This document shows positions 61,741-64,000 of a DNA stretch of 64,000 bases, piece by piece. Position numbers and translations under genes: made by a program. The stretch is from the NCBI GenBank assembly GCA_048128005.1, contig JBEUKZ010000010.1, positions 372,001-436,000 of the forward strand, in the 5' to 3' direction. This DNA is from Veleropilina oligotropha. Lineage: Eukaryota. Positions within the stretch are counted from its first letter, which is position 1, and the number at the start of each line of letters is the position of its first letter. A model generated the notes under the pieces. It was not told the DNA's origin. It did not search any database and saw only the letters and a program-made list of their open reading frames with translations.

Positions 61741-64000
61741 CCCAGTTGCACGCTTCCGCCGGTGGGAGCGTGTCTGTTAGAGTACAGCCTATCCTGGCTA
61801 GAAATGACAGAGGACAACTGGGTTCACTCAGTCGTGAGTGCCGGATACAAGTTGGCATTCGACCGGCATCCAACCCTAGACGCGACACCACCACCAGGAC
61901 GCGCTCGTCTCCTCATAAGAGAAAAACAAGCCGTCCTCGACCAGGCAGTGCGGGATTTACTCTCAAAGAGAGCAATCTATCCCGCGCCGCCCAGCACACC
62001 AGGATATTACAGCCACTTTTTCCTGGTCCCGAAACCCGATGGCCGTTGGCGACCGATCCTCGATCTGTCGTTCCTCAACCAGTATCTTCGTACCGAGAAG
62101 TTCAAGCAAGAAACACTCTCGAAGATACGTACGGCCATCCGTCCGGGCGACTGGGCAGCGTCTATCGACTTGACCGATGCGTACCTACACGTTCCGATGC
62201 ACGTCTCGGCTCACCGGTACCTACGGTTTGTCCACGGGGGAACGGTCTACCAATTCAGGTGTCTACCGTTCGGTCTATCGTCAGCCCCGTACGTCTTCAC
62301 GCGGGTAGTACAGGCTCTCGGGGCCTTCCTACACTCGCAAGGGCACAGAGTACACATGTACCTCGACGACTGGTTGATTCTCGGGGCGTCCCGGGATCAG
62401 TGCCTCCAGTCTATGAGCGTTACCCTGTCATCGGCGAAGCGCCTAGGATTACAGATCAACAACGACAAATCCTGCTTCGTGCCCTCGACGACGTTTATAT
62501 TTCTAGGGGTCGAATTCGACACGGTCCGGTACACCGCGAAACCGACTCAGAAACGTATAGAGAACCTACGCGCAGTTATACTGGAAACAAAGTCTTCACG
62601 GATAACTACAGCGCGACGACAGGCCACTGTCCTAGGGCACATCGAGTCGGTAGCTCCCCTGTTACCGACGGGTCGCATGGACAAACGACCGTTGCAGCAG
62701 GCCTTCAAGGACCGCTGGATACAACGTACGGGACAGTGGACGGATCGCATCGATCTACGGCATTGGTTCAATCACACGACAGCAGTGTGGTTGAACACTA
62801 CCCTGCCGAGCCAGTCGGTTCCAATATCCCCCCCAGAACCGAACGCCTACCTCTTCACGGACGCGTCAAACGAGGGCTGGGGAGGGCACCTCGACAGTCA
62901 CGAGACATCGGGCCTATGGCCTACGGACCTTCAGGGACGACACATCAACCTCCTAGAGTTAGAGGCCGTCTACCTGTCAGTACAGTCCCTCTCGTCACAC
63001 CTCCGCAACAAGCACATCATGCTAGCAACGGACAACACGACTGTCGTCGCTTACATTCAGCACCAGGGCGGTACCCGCTCCCGTCCGCTTTGCGACCGAG
63101 CGATCGACCTACACCGCCTAGTGATGTCCCTCAACTCGACAATTCGAGCCCGACACATCCCGGGGAGCTGAACGTCAGAGCGGATACGCTCTCTCGGAAA
63201 ACCCAGATAATACACACAGAGTGGACGCTACACGCCCGTGTAGCCCGAGATGTCTGTCGCCTGTGGTCGACGCCTCAAGTCGATCTATTCGCAACCGAAT
63301 ACAATCACCGACTCCCTCTCTATGTGTCTCCTTACCCGGACCCGGCCGCTATAGCGGTCGACGCTCTGTCAATGAGATGGGAGAATCTGATCGCCTACGC
63401 CTTCCCACCGTCGTGCATGTTAGCACAAGTACTACGGAAAGCGACCCGCGAAGACTGCGAGTTAACGCTAATAGCGCCACTACAACGCAGTCCTGGTTTC
63501 CGACACTTCTGGATCTACTCATCGATCAGCCACGAGCGCTACCGCAGATAACAGACCTGTTATCGCAACCGCGCAGTCGGGTTCTACACCCGTCGGCGAG
63601 CGAGTTTCACTTTCACGCCTGGCGACTATCGAGAGATCGCTCATTGAGAAAGGCTTTTCTAGAGCGACAGCCCAGCGCGTCCACCGATCTAGAAGGCAAT
63701 CTACAACAAGCTACCTATGGAAGAAATTTGTGGATTGGTGTCGCGGGCGGCAAGTCAATTTATTCCGCCCCCCTGTGACACAATTTATCGAGTTTTTGTC
63801 GTCGTTGCTCGAACGTGGAATGTCCATTTCCGCTAGTCAAAGGCTTCCGCTCATGCGTAGCAACGACGTCACTACAATGCCGCGTGCACACCCGCTTGTC
63901 TACCGACAAGACAATATCGGATTTTATACGCTCCTGCAAAACTCGAACGACCCATTCTGCAGGTGCGACCGCCTGCGTGACGTGTCTTGTTGATTCTCAA
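61719..64000 (+). CDS. DIRS tyrosine recombinase ORF with a long N-terminal extension overlapping pol (frameshifted, 3'-truncated by the window)
   Basis: An alternative frame is open across all of pol. It leads into LIEKGFSRATAQR...RQST...WKKFVDWC...FIEFLSSL..GMSISA/VKGFRSCV, the N-terminal core-binding domain typical of DIRS recombinases. Confidence 0.75.
61741..63778 (+). CDS. DIRS pol: reverse transcriptase, RNase H and DNA N6-adenine methyltransferase-like domain (frameshifts at about 63165 and 63480)
   Basis: RT motifs PVGACL, YSHFFLVPKPDGRWRPILDL, IDLTDAY, LPFGLSSAP, YLDDWL. RNase H motifs FTDASNEGWG, HINLLELEAV, TDNTT, HIPG/ELNVRADTLSR. MT-like region VDLFA...AVDAL...YAFPP.../QSWFP. 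Confidence 0.9.

Larger units (their letters stand above)
58460..64000 (+). mobile_element. DIRS1-like tyrosine-recombinase retrotransposon in a TTC6 intron; right end beyond window
   Basis: Order gag - RT - RNase H - methyltransferase-like - YR, with no protease or DDE integrase and with extensive ORF overlap. The left boundary is approximate, placed where the host fold-back repeat breaks off. Confidence 0.9.

Overview
AT-rich, repeat-dense animal genomic DNA. The repeat families suggest a lophotrochozoan, probably a mollusc (inference). Three host genes are visible. (1) A 5'-truncated, Ser-rich orphan ORF (<1..1170, +) whose 3' UTR carries four Pumilio-type elements. (2) Mitochondrial ribosomal protein L28 (MRPL28, minus strand): four coding exons at 16773..9084; the expected last exon was not found in the window. 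(3) A TTC6-like TPR gene (+): 31 phase-consistent coding exons at 30130..58072, continuing beyond the window. The last TTC6 intron holds a DIRS-type tyrosine-recombinase retrotransposon (about 58460..>64000) with gag, RT-RNaseH-methyltransferase-like and YR regions. About 2 kb of it is dual-coding, and its frames are broken only by small indels. Introns and the intergenic region contain a decayed Academ-like transposase, a Penelope-like fragment with inverted terminal repeats bearing hammerhead-like motifs, and a 5'-inverted L2/CR1 LINE. They also contain many non-autonomous DNA elements with readable TSDs, HINE/DINE-like elements, tRNA-derived SINEs, six minisatellites and a perfect 100-bp palindrome. 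All identifications come from reading the sequence and recalling family motifs; no searches were run. I found no clearly new biological system. The best leads are the orphan gene, the splice-donor minisatellite, the hammerhead variant and the DIRS overlap.
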